From the sequence record NC_070950.1: DNA of 64,000 nucleotides; one strand, written 5' to 3'. The position numbers were made by a program, and so were the translations under genes. Numbering within the stretch: the stretch's first letter is position 1; every line of letters begins with the position of its first letter. Positions 10,250 to 20,231 of the stretch are shown piece after piece. A model generated the notes under the pieces. That model ran no database searches, was not told the origin of the DNA, and worked only from the letters and a program-made list of their open reading frames with translations.

Positions 10250-10951
10250 ATGATAGGAGTTGCTTTCATGGATTCAATAAGCTGGTACGGAAAATTTAAA
10301 GCAGTAACCGAGGATTTGATTCCGGTTGATCTTTTACGGTACTGCTTATGGTCGATCACCTTTAATGACAAAGCGCATGATTTGAATCACGTTTATCATG
10401 TTTGTAAACAAGGGAACGATCTTGCATTATTACAAGATTACGATGACCACTGGCGAAGCCTAGTATTGGCGGGTTGTCTGCTTCACGACATTGGGTGTCG
10501 TTACGATCGTAAAACCCATCATCTCATAGCGTATGGGTTGGTCTTCGACTTAACCCATCGTTATTGCACTGGACACTATTCGCCGGAAGAGACATTGATC
10601 ATTGCGAAAAGTTGTCTGGAGCACAGAGCAAGCTGGGAAGGTGATTTCAGTCATCCTATTTCAGAAACGGTTGCTCTGGCCGACAGAGGTATTCCTGATT
10701 TCGAGTTATACTGCAAACGAGCCGTTCAGTTCAGGTTAGATCAAAACCTGACTGAAGATGTTTTGGTAGAAGAAGTTCGCGTTCACATGTTAGACAAGTT
10801 CCTACCTAAGACGGGATACGTTTGGAAAAACTATCCTGAATTAGGATTGTCTTTATATGAACAAGAATGGAAAGTGTTCCACGATAAACTTAAAGACGAA
10901 GTTGTCTTTAGAGAGGCTGTACTAGAAGCGTACCGTAAATTAAAATCTTAA
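10250..10951 (+). CDS. HD-domain metal-dependent phosphohydrolase
   Basis: Ordered H...HD...H...D motifs: AHDLNH, CLLHDIG, LEHRAS, ALADRG. Confidence 0.8.
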   Translation: MIGVAFMDSISWYGKFKAVTEDLIPVDLLRYCLWSITFNDKAHDLNHVYHVCKQGNDLALLQDYDDHWRSLVLAGCLLHDIGCRYDRKTHHLIAYGLVFDLTHRYCTGHYSPEETLIIAKSCLEHRASWEGDFSHPISETVALADRGIPDFELYCKRAVQFRLDQNLTEDVLVEEVRVHMLDKFLPKTGYVWKNYPELGLSLYEQEWKVFHDKLKDEVVFREAVLEAYRKLKS

Positions 10952-11008
10952 TCTATATTGTTAACGTCCTCATAAGGGGCGTTAACAATAACCTACGAGG
11001 AAATCATC

Positions 11009-11503
11009 ATGATTATTTTACTTGCTGTTTTTGCTATTATCCTTTGTATTGGTTTTTGTTATAAAAAGATCAATATCAAAAACGACATCGGAATCAAGGT
11101 TAACAACGCCACAAAGATGGTTATCGACATCAACCTTGGTAAAATTAAAGGGGAGTTCAAGATCGTTAAACACAGTCGGTGTTTCAAACCCAGGGTCTCT
11201 CCTGGATTAAACGGATTGGTTTACACCGTTCCTGTGTTTTGTACGTTATCTGAATTCATCACCGGCTTATATTCTGAAGAAATAAGACCTTACGACAAAC
11301 AAAAAGATAAACACCTCTTAGACGTCGTCAGAGCCATCGTAGGGGTCGAATTAAAGGACGATGGTATGATTGCCTTATTCGACGACACGACCCTTTGTGA
11401 GACCGTAGAGAGAGCCAGAGAGTCATTTGTGATGAATAAGGATTATTTCTTCTCCGAGAAGGGGTGGAACCGAGGCAATGTTATTGCACCTATCAACCTT
11501 TAA
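11009..11503 (+). CDS. Hypothetical protein with N-terminal membrane anchor
   Basis: Hydrophobic N-terminus MIILLAVFAIILCIGFCY followed by KK; GAGG RBS. Confidence 0.7.
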   Translation: MIILLAVFAIILCIGFCYKKINIKNDIGIKVNNATKMVIDINLGKIKGEFKIVKHSRCFKPRVSPGLNGLVYTVPVFCTLSEFITGLYSEEIRPYDKQKDKHLLDVVRAIVGVELKDDGMIALFDDTTLCETVERARESFVMNKDYFFSEKGWNRGNVIAPINL

Positions 11504-11517
11504 TTAAGGATTTTAAA

Positions 11518-11658
11518 ATGTCTGACATGTTTGACGTGGATCAACTCAACAACCTGAACCTGGAAGCGGTTGAAGAGAAAGTCGAATCTCTTCGTGATGG
11601 TGGCGGTGAAGTTGTCGAGGCTTCCGATGAATGTGAAGGCGGCGCCTGCAAAATTTAA
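11518..11658 (+). CDS. 46-aa acidic peptide ending DECEGGACKI, resembling the NrdA C-terminal redox tail
   Basis: AAGGA RBS, ATG at 11518; CxxxxC-KI C-terminus; terminator directly downstream. Confidence 0.75.
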   Translation: MSDMFDVDQLNNLNLEAVEEKVESLRDGGGEVVEASDECEGGACKI

Positions 11659-11668
11659 AACGCATAAT

Positions 11669-11722
11669 AACTCCTACTCCCCATACGGGGAGTAGGAGTT
11701 AGCAGTACTTATTTTTTTTTTC
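11669..11722. terminator. Bidirectional terminator between convergent genes
   Basis: 14-bp stem AACTCCTACTCCCC-ATAC-GGGGAGTAGGAGTT; T run on the right, A-rich on the left. Confidence 0.85.
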
Positions 11723-12619
11723 TTACAGCATGTATTCAGGAGCGGTAACTTTAGCCGCTTCACGAGTCATCGCAGCAAGAGTACCAGAATCAGTAAGACT
11801 CTGGAGAATCGCCGTAGGCTGCAGGAATCCGGATTCGGCACCGCGACCAGCTGGGTTATACATCGGGAGTTTGCTCAGGAAAGAACGAGCAATCTCTTTA
11901 GCGGCCTGGGTATCGAAATCGATCAGACCGGTGTATTCCATGTTGATGTCACGCATCTGACCAGCTTCGTCTTTGTTACGACGCATCTGGATTTCAACGG
12001 TGTTACGCGGCATGATACCTACTGCAAGAGCAGCATGGGCAACATCACGCATATTACGCGTCGGTTCCAGATAAATGTTCGCACAAGAGATTTGGTCGAT
12101 CAGGAGATCGCCTGGATCATCGAGGATAACTGCACGAGGATGGCCCAGATCCGGATCGTTCAAACCATACAGAGACCAGGAACGATGGAGGTTAGTATAA
12201 ACCTCACCTTCGATATCCACGCCAGCATGGTTGATAACACCGAGGGTACGAGTACCGCCCGACGGTACGGAGAATACACGGCCAGAGAAACGCTGTTCTG
12301 CGAATTCGGTCTCGATACGTTCAGAGAGACCGGTGATTTCACGACTACGCGTTTCAAACCAGGATTTCGCCAGTGAGTGGAGGATGTTACCTGCCGGCAT
12401 ACGGCTAAACAACGCAGGGGTGCTGATACAGAAGCACCAGGTCTGCTGTTGAATATGCGGATGCTCGGAGACCATGTTGGCGATATTGGGAGCCCAGCCA
12501 TACTGGCCCCCTTGAGGGCCATTCAGAACAGGACGGTCGCCCACGCCGAACGCAGAGTACCATTCAGAACTCCCAGGTACCAGCGTGCTTGTGTTCCTAA
12601 ACGGAGTGTTGCTTGACAT
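11723..12619 (-). CDS. Tail tube protein (phiKZ gp30-like)
   Basis: 298 aa, directly downstream of the sheath gene on the same strand. Confidence 0.75.
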   Translation of the reverse strand: MSSNTPFRNTSTLVPGSSEWYSAFGVGDRPVLNGPQGGQYGWAPNIANMVSEHPHIQQQTWCFCISTPALFSRMPAGNILHSLAKSWFETRSREITGLSERIETEFAEQRFSGRVFSVPSGGTRTLGVINHAGVDIEGEVYTNLHRSWSLYGLNDPDLGHPRAVILDDPGDLLIDQISCANIYLEPTRNMRDVAHAALAVGIMPRNTVEIQMRRNKDEAGQMRDINMEYTGLIDFDTQAAKEIARSFLSKLPMYNPAGRGAESGFLQPTAILQSLTDSGTLAAMTREAAKVTAPEYML

Positions 12620-12634
12620 TTAGAGTCACCTTAC

Positions 12635-14794
12635 TTAGGAGTTAGTGGTATCGAGATCTTCTTCGTTATACGCAGCAAGACTCATGTTCATCATGTACTT
12701 ACCTTTACGGAACCAGACGTTACCAACGCTGTTCAGAACAGCTCGGCTACCAGCACCGGTTTCGTTGTAAGTGCAATCAACCCGGAGGTCTTTGAACATG
12801 GTACCCATACGACGACGGATAGCTGCTTCAGAAGTATCTTTGACGGTTGATGCATAGGTCGCAGCATCAATAGTCGTATCACCGGATACCAGCGTCCACG
12901 CGTCAGCGATAACCTTCTCAATACAAACCGCAGTGAAGTTAGTGATCAGGTCCTTCAACACGGCGTCGTTATCGTCATACACGGTTGGAAGCGCAGGACG
13001 GTAATACTGAGATGTGTTGTAAGGACGAAGACTGATACCACCTTCATCGAAGTTATTCGCAGCGGCGTCATCACCTTCGAAGTCCATGGTCGGAGAATGC
13101 ATCTGGGTCAGAATGCGGTTATCGCCATGATCCGGAGAATTCACCGAGCTCAGGTTACCGGAGCTATTACCGCCAAGACGAGCGAAGAAGTAAGCCAGGT
13201 CCAGCGTTTGCGGGAATTCAAGGCCGGTGCTTTCGTCGATGATCTTAGCATCCCACAGGGAGATAGCTGCACGGGACGCCGGAGTGCCGTAAAGCGAAGA
13301 TTCCGGATACAGACGAATCTTAGTCGCCAGAGACTGCATCATGGAATAACGCTGGGCGATGGTATTGTCTTCCAGCCATTCGGAAGCCTGCAGGATCAGA
13401 ATCTGATCTTTACGGGTGTTCCAGAGCTCGATCAGCGCGTTCTTAATATCCAGGTTATAACCCACATCCCAGATAACAGATTGGCGGTTGCGCGTCCAAT
13501 CGTTAACAGTGGACGATTGGGCATAAGCCTGAATATCAGCCAGATACAGAGACTGGGCTACAGTCCAAGCGTCTTTGATACTCAGCTGGTCAATATGACC
13601 GTTGTTGGTCGCCGGGTCGAAGTTGTAAGTCCCTTCAACCGGAACCGGTGTAGTCCGATCCTCTTTCAGGAACGGAGAGATACCGCCAGCAGCGTCGATA
13701 TAACCGGAGTTAGCGAACGGGTTAGCGTCATCCACCAACATACACGCATAATACGGAACGTTGGTATGGTTGGTCAGAGTGAACGGGTTCATCTGACGAA
13801 TTGGGTTGACACCCGTTACGTTAACAAGCGCCGATTTACCGGCAGCCAGTTCTGCTGCATACAACGCCGCACAAACTTCCTGGATGTTCTGATCGTAGAC
13901 CTTGACTTCGTAGAACGGAGCAGGGCGCAGAGTCACCTGACGGTTGACGTTAGCGTTGGTGAAGTCACCTACTGCGGTCGCCAGGCTGTAACGAACATCG
14001 TACTTGTCTTTGGTGTTGAACAGCGTGTACGTTGCCGATTCACCGCCATTAACGTTGGAGAAGAAAGTCGGGACGCCCGTAGAAGATTTTACGTACATTC
14101 TCATTGAGAACGGGAACACGCCGTATTCTTCAACGAAATCTGACACTGAATCCCAATCCGTGGAAGCATTGAGGCCCATGGTCAAACCGTGCAGGTTATA
14201 TGCGTCACCAACACCAGCCGGGAGTTCGAAGAACGGATACTGAGTAAACGTAACTTCTTCCCCATTCACCGTTTCGGTGAACGTCGATTTTACGAGCTTG
14301 CCGTATTCTGGCGTGGTCGGCGAGGTAACGTCGAGCTTAACCAGTTTAACGTAAACGCCCGGCACCGCGGTACCACCGGTAACAGGGATCAGTTCACCAT
14401 CGTCGTCGAAAAGATAGCTGCCGTCAGTCGCACGCTGATACTGAGGAATAGATGTACCGTTCCCGATAGCGATAGCGTAAGCAACACGAGCTACTACGGT
14501 GTTGGCAGAAACACGGCGTACGCCAAAACCACCCTGACCGCCGGAGGTGATCATCGAGATCAGCTGAGATACCGGGGAGTAGTAAGGGGTATCAACATCC
14601 AGGATATCGCCGTAAAGATTGGTAAAGTCATTCGAGTTTATGAAACTCTGCCCGAGTTCACCCTTGGGGGTGACCACGGAAATAACCGGATAATGACAAG
14701 GATACGTAGGCAGAGACGTTACCGGGTTTAAGCGGCTCTTATCGTCCATACCGTTATTGATGACTTGTCCCGGAATGATTTTTGTAAAGCTCAT
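12635..14794 (-). CDS. Contractile tail sheath protein (phiKZ gp29-like)
   Basis: 719 aa; N-terminal sheath-like segment (PCHYPVISVVTPKGELG) and C-terminal sheath-like region; divergent from the virion/terminase operon as in phiKZ. Confidence 0.8.
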   Translation of the reverse strand: MSFTKIIPGQVINNGMDDKSRLNPVTSLPTYPCHYPVISVVTPKGELGQSFINSNDFTNLYGDILDVDTPYYSPVSQLISMITSGGQGGFGVRRVSANTVVARVAYAIAIGNGTSIPQYQRATDGSYLFDDDGELIPVTGGTAVPGVYVKLVKLDVTSPTTPEYGKLVKSTFTETVNGEEVTFTQYPFFELPAGVGDAYNLHGLTMGLNASTDWDSVSDFVEEYGVFPFSMRMYVKSSTGVPTFFSNVNGGESATYTLFNTKDKYDVRYSLATAVGDFTNANVNRQVTLRPAPFYEVKVYDQNIQEVCAALYAAELAAGKSALVNVTGVNPIRQMNPFTLTNHTNVPYYACMLVDDANPFANSGYIDAAGGISPFLKEDRTTPVPVEGTYNFDPATNNGHIDQLSIKDAWTVAQSLYLADIQAYAQSSTVNDWTRNRQSVIWDVGYNLDIKNALIELWNTRKDQILILQASEWLEDNTIAQRYSMMQSLATKIRLYPESSLYGTPASRAAISLWDAKIIDESTGLEFPQTLDLAYFFARLGGNSSGNLSSVNSPDHGDNRILTQMHSPTMDFEGDDAAANNFDEGGISLRPYNTSQYYRPALPTVYDDNDAVLKDLITNFTAVCIEKVIADAWTLVSGDTTIDAATYASTVKDTSEAAIRRRMGTMFKDLRVDCTYNETGAGSRAVLNSVGNVWFRKGKYMMNMSLAAYNEEDLDTTNS

Positions 14795-14952
14795 GCTCTA
14801 AGCCTCATATTCGGAAAACGTTTTATTAAGATATTTTTTTGATCAAAAAAATATAGATGGCCGGCAATCGTATGTCTAGAGTCACCATAAGTTACTCTCG
14901 TTTAATTTAACCGAACCCGGCACATAACATTCAACATAAGGAGCGGGGAGTC

Positions 14953-15831
14953 ATGCTTCTCAACGCATACGAAACCACAGTTGGCAAACCCTTTGCGATC
15001 ATGGATAAAGTCCAGGGCGTCCTAAAATCGTTAGCGACGATGGATGACTTAGACCATTCCAGTAAAGAAGGGGTTTATTTCATTACTTATGAAAACGGCA
15101 GCCAACTTCCTCTTTTTATTTTCCCTTTAAGTTTATTGGATCATCAGCGTCGTAAAATCACCGTTGTTGACAAGCGCCCCTTCTCCAATAAAAAAGACAT
15201 CATCATTAGTCCTGTGGAATTTATCGGGCAATTCACCGCAGCGTGCATTCAGCAAGATGTGTTTGAAGGAAACTTAAACACCATCAAAAATTCTCGTTAT
15301 CTGACGACTCGCGGATACGCCAAATCTCTCAGCAATCGCATTGGCCGTCAGAGCGGGCTAGATCCAAGAGAAATGATTGAACTCGCCATCATTCTCGGTC
15401 ACTTCTTTGTGTGTCTCACAGAGAAGCAAAACGACGATTACCAGTTCGTTAGCGCCAACGTACTGAAAAATGCGTTGCAATTAGATCAGAGTATGACTCA
15501 GCCTATTATTGAAGAGATGGGGTTCATTTCAACCATCCCTGAGCTGACCAAATATATCGCTGATCGTCCTGGCTTTTTCAAACTGAAGAATTTCACTCAA
15601 AAAGATTTTATCGGGTTGGGCAGCAACATCATCTTCAGTAACCTCGGCAAACAGGTTGTCGGAGCAGCATTGGAACACCCTCCATTATTTACCGGATTGT
15701 GTTTTATGGCGCTGAAGAACAGAATGTACCTTCAGACTGTTTTGGGTCAGCAAATCGATCCTAAGTACAACGAAAGATTAACCGATAGCTTTGTTAAAAT
15801 GATCAACGGGAATTATCCCGTCCAACTTTAA
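14953..15831 (+). CDS. Virion structural protein (phiKZ gp28-like by synteny)
   Basis: 292 aa, first gene of the operon divergent from the sheath; AGGAG RBS. Confidence 0.55.
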   Translation: MLLNAYETTVGKPFAIMDKVQGVLKSLATMDDLDHSSKEGVYFITYENGSQLPLFIFPLSLLDHQRRKITVVDKRPFSNKKDIIISPVEFIGQFTAACIQQDVFEGNLNTIKNSRYLTTRGYAKSLSNRIGRQSGLDPREMIELAIILGHFFVCLTEKQNDDYQFVSANVLKNALQLDQSMTQPIIEEMGFISTIPELTKYIADRPGFFKLKNFTQKDFIGLGSNIIFSNLGKQVVGAALEHPPLFTGLCFMALKNRMYLQTVLGQQIDPKYNERLTDSFVKMINGNYPVQL

Positions 15832-15836
15832 AAGGA

Positions 15837-18440
15837 ATGGACATGAGTGTGTCGTTGGTTCAACCAAGAACTGACTTGATACGTTACGCCGAGTCCAATA
15901 TGTGGTCGTCTCCCTATAACGATCAACAATTCAGGCTGGAGCTACAACGTATCAGTCCCCCAGTAGGGTTGGTCAATACCTTTACGTATATGGGTAAAGG
16001 GAGAGGATTACCTGATTCTACTACCCCTCATCACGTCTATACTCTTAGTGGTACCTCGCTAGGGTACTGGAACTTCATCAACAAAAATATAAAAACTAAT
16101 CCAGTTGATACCTGGGTGAGAGTTGATTGGCTCAGCCATCAGCGTGGTGTTTATATTGAACTTTATCGCCCGGACGGCAGAATCTATCCAAGAGATTGCG
16201 CGTGGATCATGCGGACTTATGACGGTGCACACCTTCTTTGTGTGGAACGTTTAACCAACTACCCGCTGCCATTAAACGATAACTTCTATCTACGGTGTTA
16301 TACCCCTGATTGGGATATTTATCGTGGGGTAGAAGGAACCGACGAAAATAACGGGTTTCAGTATACCAGTTTTGTCGGTCCAACTCAGGCTAATCTCACG
16401 GCGCTCCAAACCCAACTCAATACGTGGAGTGGTTTAGGTGGATTATCGTCCATTTATGTCGATGGAATAAAATGTCCGTCTCTTCCTACGGTGTCAGCTG
16501 TTACGCTGAACACTATCGTAGAGATTTTCTACGATCCGACCGTTTATAGAGTCGATAACTACGACTTGAAAACTCTGCCGGACTTCTATTCTGATTTGGA
16601 TAGCAAGCGCAAATACATCGTTCACCCTCCTAAGGTTGAAGGTGACTGGGCGTTCCGGTACTTCGACGATTGCGACATCTACATCACGACACCGGCCGGG
16701 AAAGGGTTATATTTCAATATCAATAGCCCTGATGCATTGCGTCAACTCACTCACGCTGACTACAGTGTGAGCGCTGATTACATCGCGACCCTTATTGATA
16801 CCCTGGCCGATCTTAAGAATCGAGACGATCTGAAACTGCAGGTGATTTATCGCAGCACGAACTGGAGTCACGATCTCGTATGGGAAGCCAATCGAATCAG
16901 GTACCTTTACCGTCTTGATGATAATGGAATAATCAACGCAATGACTGCGGTTCACTCCACGTTGCCTGAATGGACAGCCAGTGGTTTGGAAAATTCTTAT
17001 TCCATGCTGATCAACAGACAGAAATGGGGAGAGCTGACCGATGAGAATATCGTTAAAGCGTTAGGGTTTAATGCCCTGACACAAGCTTTAGCGTCATCAC
17101 CGGTATCAATGCCCTACGTGGAAGGATACGCCGGTTACGACGTTCCTGTTAGCTTCCAGGAAGCTTGCGTGGCTTTTGAGTACGATGCCGATGGATTGCT
17201 CATCAACAATTATCCGTTGACTAACGCACTGAAATACGCTCCTAATAATCCAACCTGCGCCATGGTGGAGTTCATCGCTGGTAGTCCGGCTATCACCAGA
17301 CATCAAGTGATTGGGAGTGATCCGGTTACACTGTTGAGTAACTGGTCTTATTTAGCATTGCAATCCGGCCGGTTAGTTTCCACTGGGGAATCTGACGGGA
17401 AATGGGTACCTGCGGTATTGGGGACTGACTATACCGTTACCAATGGTGTTCTTACCTGGATCCATGATTCAACAAACCGGATAGGTAGAGTTATCTTTAA
17501 CGATGTTTTCCTTTACAAGGATTTCACGCTATCACATCTCGACAACTCTATTTATTTCGCCATTACCGAAATATGGGAAGGCGGCGGGATAGCTGCGGAC
17601 ATCGCGCCGGCCAACATCTATATTTGGATGAACGGTCATCCCCTCATTCTTAACGTCGATTACGTGATGGATTACCCTAGAGTGTTCATCAATAACAAGA
17701 TGTATTTGAATGAGAGCGGAGAAAACGATTTTGTCGTGGCTGCGTTCGGGATAAGTACGAGTTTAACTCAGCCGGTAGAAGAATCTGAATTAGGTTATAT
17801 CGTCGGCGGAACCATCGGGGTTAACGGGCGTTACAATATCCGGGACGGAAGGGATACGAGGCTTATCGCCGCAGGTCGGTTATTCCCATCTGATGGTATT
17901 GACGATTCAGAGCAACACGCCCCTCAGAACGCCGGCTATTCTCTCAACGGTTACCCGTATCAGGTTAAGCACGTCTATCAGACCGTTCAAAAAGCGGTGG
18001 ATTTTAATAACTATCCTCGGTACGCCGAAGACAGGGATTTGGATAATCGCATCTGTACTTACCTGACGACGTATTGTGAGAAACCAGGACCTATTGTTTG
18101 GCCTAACATCTCCGATAAATACAGATTGTTTAGTCCTTTCCTGAATCAGATCGTAAATGCAATATTGCTGAAAATCATTACCATCCCTGCACCAACCACA
18201 GGTGGGGTATTCAGCAAACAGGTAATCAATGAGCTAACCAAAGATTATCAATGGTTGCTTGATTACGATCCGGCTTTCTTGAAATACGACTTGCGGTATT
18301 ACACGATCAATCCGTTTTCCATGGCGGGTATGCAAACTGTAACAACCGCCCAGTTACTCTTCATCACTCAGGTTAACGAAATCTATCTCAATAGCGCGTG
18401 CGGCATAGAGGGATATTTTGAGGTAAATAATAATGTTTGA
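15837..18440 (+). CDS. Large virion structural protein (phiKZ gp27-like by synteny)
   Basis: 867 aa; position between sheath and terminase. Confidence 0.6.
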   Translation: MDMSVSLVQPRTDLIRYAESNMWSSPYNDQQFRLELQRISPPVGLVNTFTYMGKGRGLPDSTTPHHVYTLSGTSLGYWNFINKNIKTNPVDTWVRVDWLSHQRGVYIELYRPDGRIYPRDCAWIMRTYDGAHLLCVERLTNYPLPLNDNFYLRCYTPDWDIYRGVEGTDENNGFQYTSFVGPTQANLTALQTQLNTWSGLGGLSSIYVDGIKCPSLPTVSAVTLNTIVEIFYDPTVYRVDNYDLKTLPDFYSDLDSKRKYIVHPPKVEGDWAFRYFDDCDIYITTPAGKGLYFNINSPDALRQLTHADYSVSADYIATLIDTLADLKNRDDLKLQVIYRSTNWSHDLVWEANRIRYLYRLDDNGIINAMTAVHSTLPEWTASGLENSYSMLINRQKWGELTDENIVKALGFNALTQALASSPVSMPYVEGYAGYDVPVSFQEACVAFEYDADGLLINNYPLTNALKYAPNNPTCAMVEFIAGSPAITRHQVIGSDPVTLLSNWSYLALQSGRLVSTGESDGKWVPAVLGTDYTVTNGVLTWIHDSTNRIGRVIFNDVFLYKDFTLSHLDNSIYFAITEIWEGGGIAADIAPANIYIWMNGHPLILNVDYVMDYPRVFINNKMYLNESGENDFVVAAFGISTSLTQPVEESELGYIVGGTIGVNGRYNIRDGRDTRLIAAGRLFPSDGIDDSEQHAPQNAGYSLNGYPYQVKHVYQTVQKAVDFNNYPRYAEDRDLDNRICTYLTTYCEKPGPIVWPNISDKYRLFSPFLNQIVNAILLKIITIPAPTTGGVFSKQVINELTKDYQWLLDYDPAFLKYDLRYYTINPFSMAGMQTVTTAQLLFITQVNEIYLNSACGIEGYFEVNNNV

Positions 18441-20148
18441 TACCAGCACCACATCGACCACATCAAGTACGAGTGTTGCGGCGACGGGTCCTCAGTTACC
18501 TAACTCGAATGATCTACTCACCCCACTCGATATTTCCAACCTTTACGATCCGGATACGGTAGCCGATTCTGATGCGTCAAAATACATCGTTGGTCGTGAA
18601 GGCCAAACGGTCATAGACGGATTGAACCAACGAGCTTACGTCATTACTCACGTTGGGACTGAAGATGCGAAATACAAATCAACGTTAAAACGGATAGGGT
18701 TTGTTACGGATAGCGACGACAACTCCAGTGACATCATCGGTTTACCGGGACGCTTTGCCGGCAATGGTGTTTTGGGAATCGACTACAGTGTCAGACCTCC
18801 TCGGGCTGTCATCGATGGTCGTGTATGGGCTCCTGATGCGGCCTACGGTTTGCTTTATAAAGGCGTGGTTATCGGTGATAGCGGTCAGGTCATTTCTGTT
18901 CAATACGCAACTAATGGTGATTTGATTTCTAATCAGGTCCCGACTAAATTAGCTGCGGTTAACAACATGACCAACCACAGTATTTTCACCACTACTGCTT
19001 TTTCGGTGACTCAAACGGCTGACGAACTCCCGGACGGAAGTTTGTGCACGCTGGTGTTCTTCGATGCGGCCGGTAACATGATTCCCGAACCTTATGAACT
19101 TGGCGTGATGCACACTGCGTTGCTGAGAGATCATCAGATCGGGATCAAGTATGTTTCGGCTATTGAACTGATATCTCCTTGGTTCACCGATACGACCGAT
19201 CCTACTACGCTGAACATTCCTATCAACGTTGCGATGAGCTCGGTTCAATTCTCTGCGCGCATCCATTATAACGATGGATCAACCAAAGAGCAATTGATTG
19301 ACGGGACCAAATGTGCGATCATCGGGCTCAATGAATACAAACCTACTACGGTAGGTCAGCGTGCTTCGATCGTACTTCGGTATTCGTTCGATGAGGATGA
19401 ACAGGCTTTAATTGCTACACCTAATTATCCAGACATGATCACCCAGGCTTATCAGATCGTTTGTACTCAGGTTAACGGCGCTTACTCTCCAAAACTCTAC
19501 ACTTATCCGGTGTGGAACGGAACAGGGTATTCGCTCAAACATTACCTGTACGATCTTACCCGCGGATATGCAACTGACGTTACTCAGCATGTTACACTCA
19601 ACGACACGTCGCCAGCCTTCCAGCCGGCTAACTATGGCGTTCAGCAAGACATGGTGTTTAACCTGACGCTGTCAGACGTATCTTCGACGTTTAAAGCGTG
19701 GACGCTGGTACAGCATACTTCTATTACGTTGTATAAAGCGAATACCGGGACGGGTCGTCGTTGGGCTATCCAGTACTCTTCTGCGAATAACCCTTACGTC
19801 GCTTATAACGTCGGGTATACCGAAGCCAATGGTGTTCAGTCCATTAACCTGGCTGGCTCCATCCTCACGATTTCTGATTGGTTGAATCGACTCTACTATC
19901 CGGTAGAACCATTGATCGATACCACGAAAGAATCGGCGGCTCTGGTTCCTAACTATATCCGGTTGGTTGACACTAACGGGGTTACTCACGACCTTGAAAT
20001 CAACGATTGGAATAAACCTCAAGCGCTCACTTCTCCTGTTGCAAGTGGTCAAACCCTCTTCCTGCAATGGATTCAGAAATCAGAGAACGGGGCCGAACTC
20101 CAATTGGCGACCACGGGTGTTGTTGTAGACGTCGCTCCGAGCAATTAA
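18433..20148 (+). CDS. Virion structural protein (phiKZ gp26-like by synteny)
   Basis: 571 aa, beta-rich, directly upstream of the terminase. Confidence 0.6.
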   Translation: MFDTSTTSTTSSTSVAATGPQLPNSNDLLTPLDISNLYDPDTVADSDASKYIVGREGQTVIDGLNQRAYVITHVGTEDAKYKSTLKRIGFVTDSDDNSSDIIGLPGRFAGNGVLGIDYSVRPPRAVIDGRVWAPDAAYGLLYKGVVIGDSGQVISVQYATNGDLISNQVPTKLAAVNNMTNHSIFTTTAFSVTQTADELPDGSLCTLVFFDAAGNMIPEPYELGVMHTALLRDHQIGIKYVSAIELISPWFTDTTDPTTLNIPINVAMSSVQFSARIHYNDGSTKEQLIDGTKCAIIGLNEYKPTTVGQRASIVLRYSFDEDEQALIATPNYPDMITQAYQIVCTQVNGAYSPKLYTYPVWNGTGYSLKHYLYDLTRGYATDVTQHVTLNDTSPAFQPANYGVQQDMVFNLTLSDVSSTFKAWTLVQHTSITLYKANTGTGRRWAIQYSSANNPYVAYNVGYTEANGVQSINLAGSILTISDWLNRLYYPVEPLIDTTKESAALVPNYIRLVDTNGVTHDLEINDWNKPQALTSPVASGQTLFLQWIQKSENGAELQLATTGVVVDVAPSN

Positions 20149-20231
20149 GATTCGTTATCCTAACTACCGGTCTGAAAAGACCGGTAGTTATATTTTATAT
20201 CGAGACCGAGACAAACCGACAGGATAAAAAC

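Noticed and set aside
13097-14731. Long antisense ORFs opposite the sheath gene (also 42554..43750 opposite chmA and 53695..54474 opposite the ChmC-like gene)
   Set aside because: Shadow ORFs arising from the biased codon usage of highly expressed genes; no RBS or recognisable motifs
20067-20231. N-terminal extension of the terminase ORF
   Set aside because: Overlaps the upstream gene and an intergenic hairpin/promoter; ATG 20232 has an AGGA RBS
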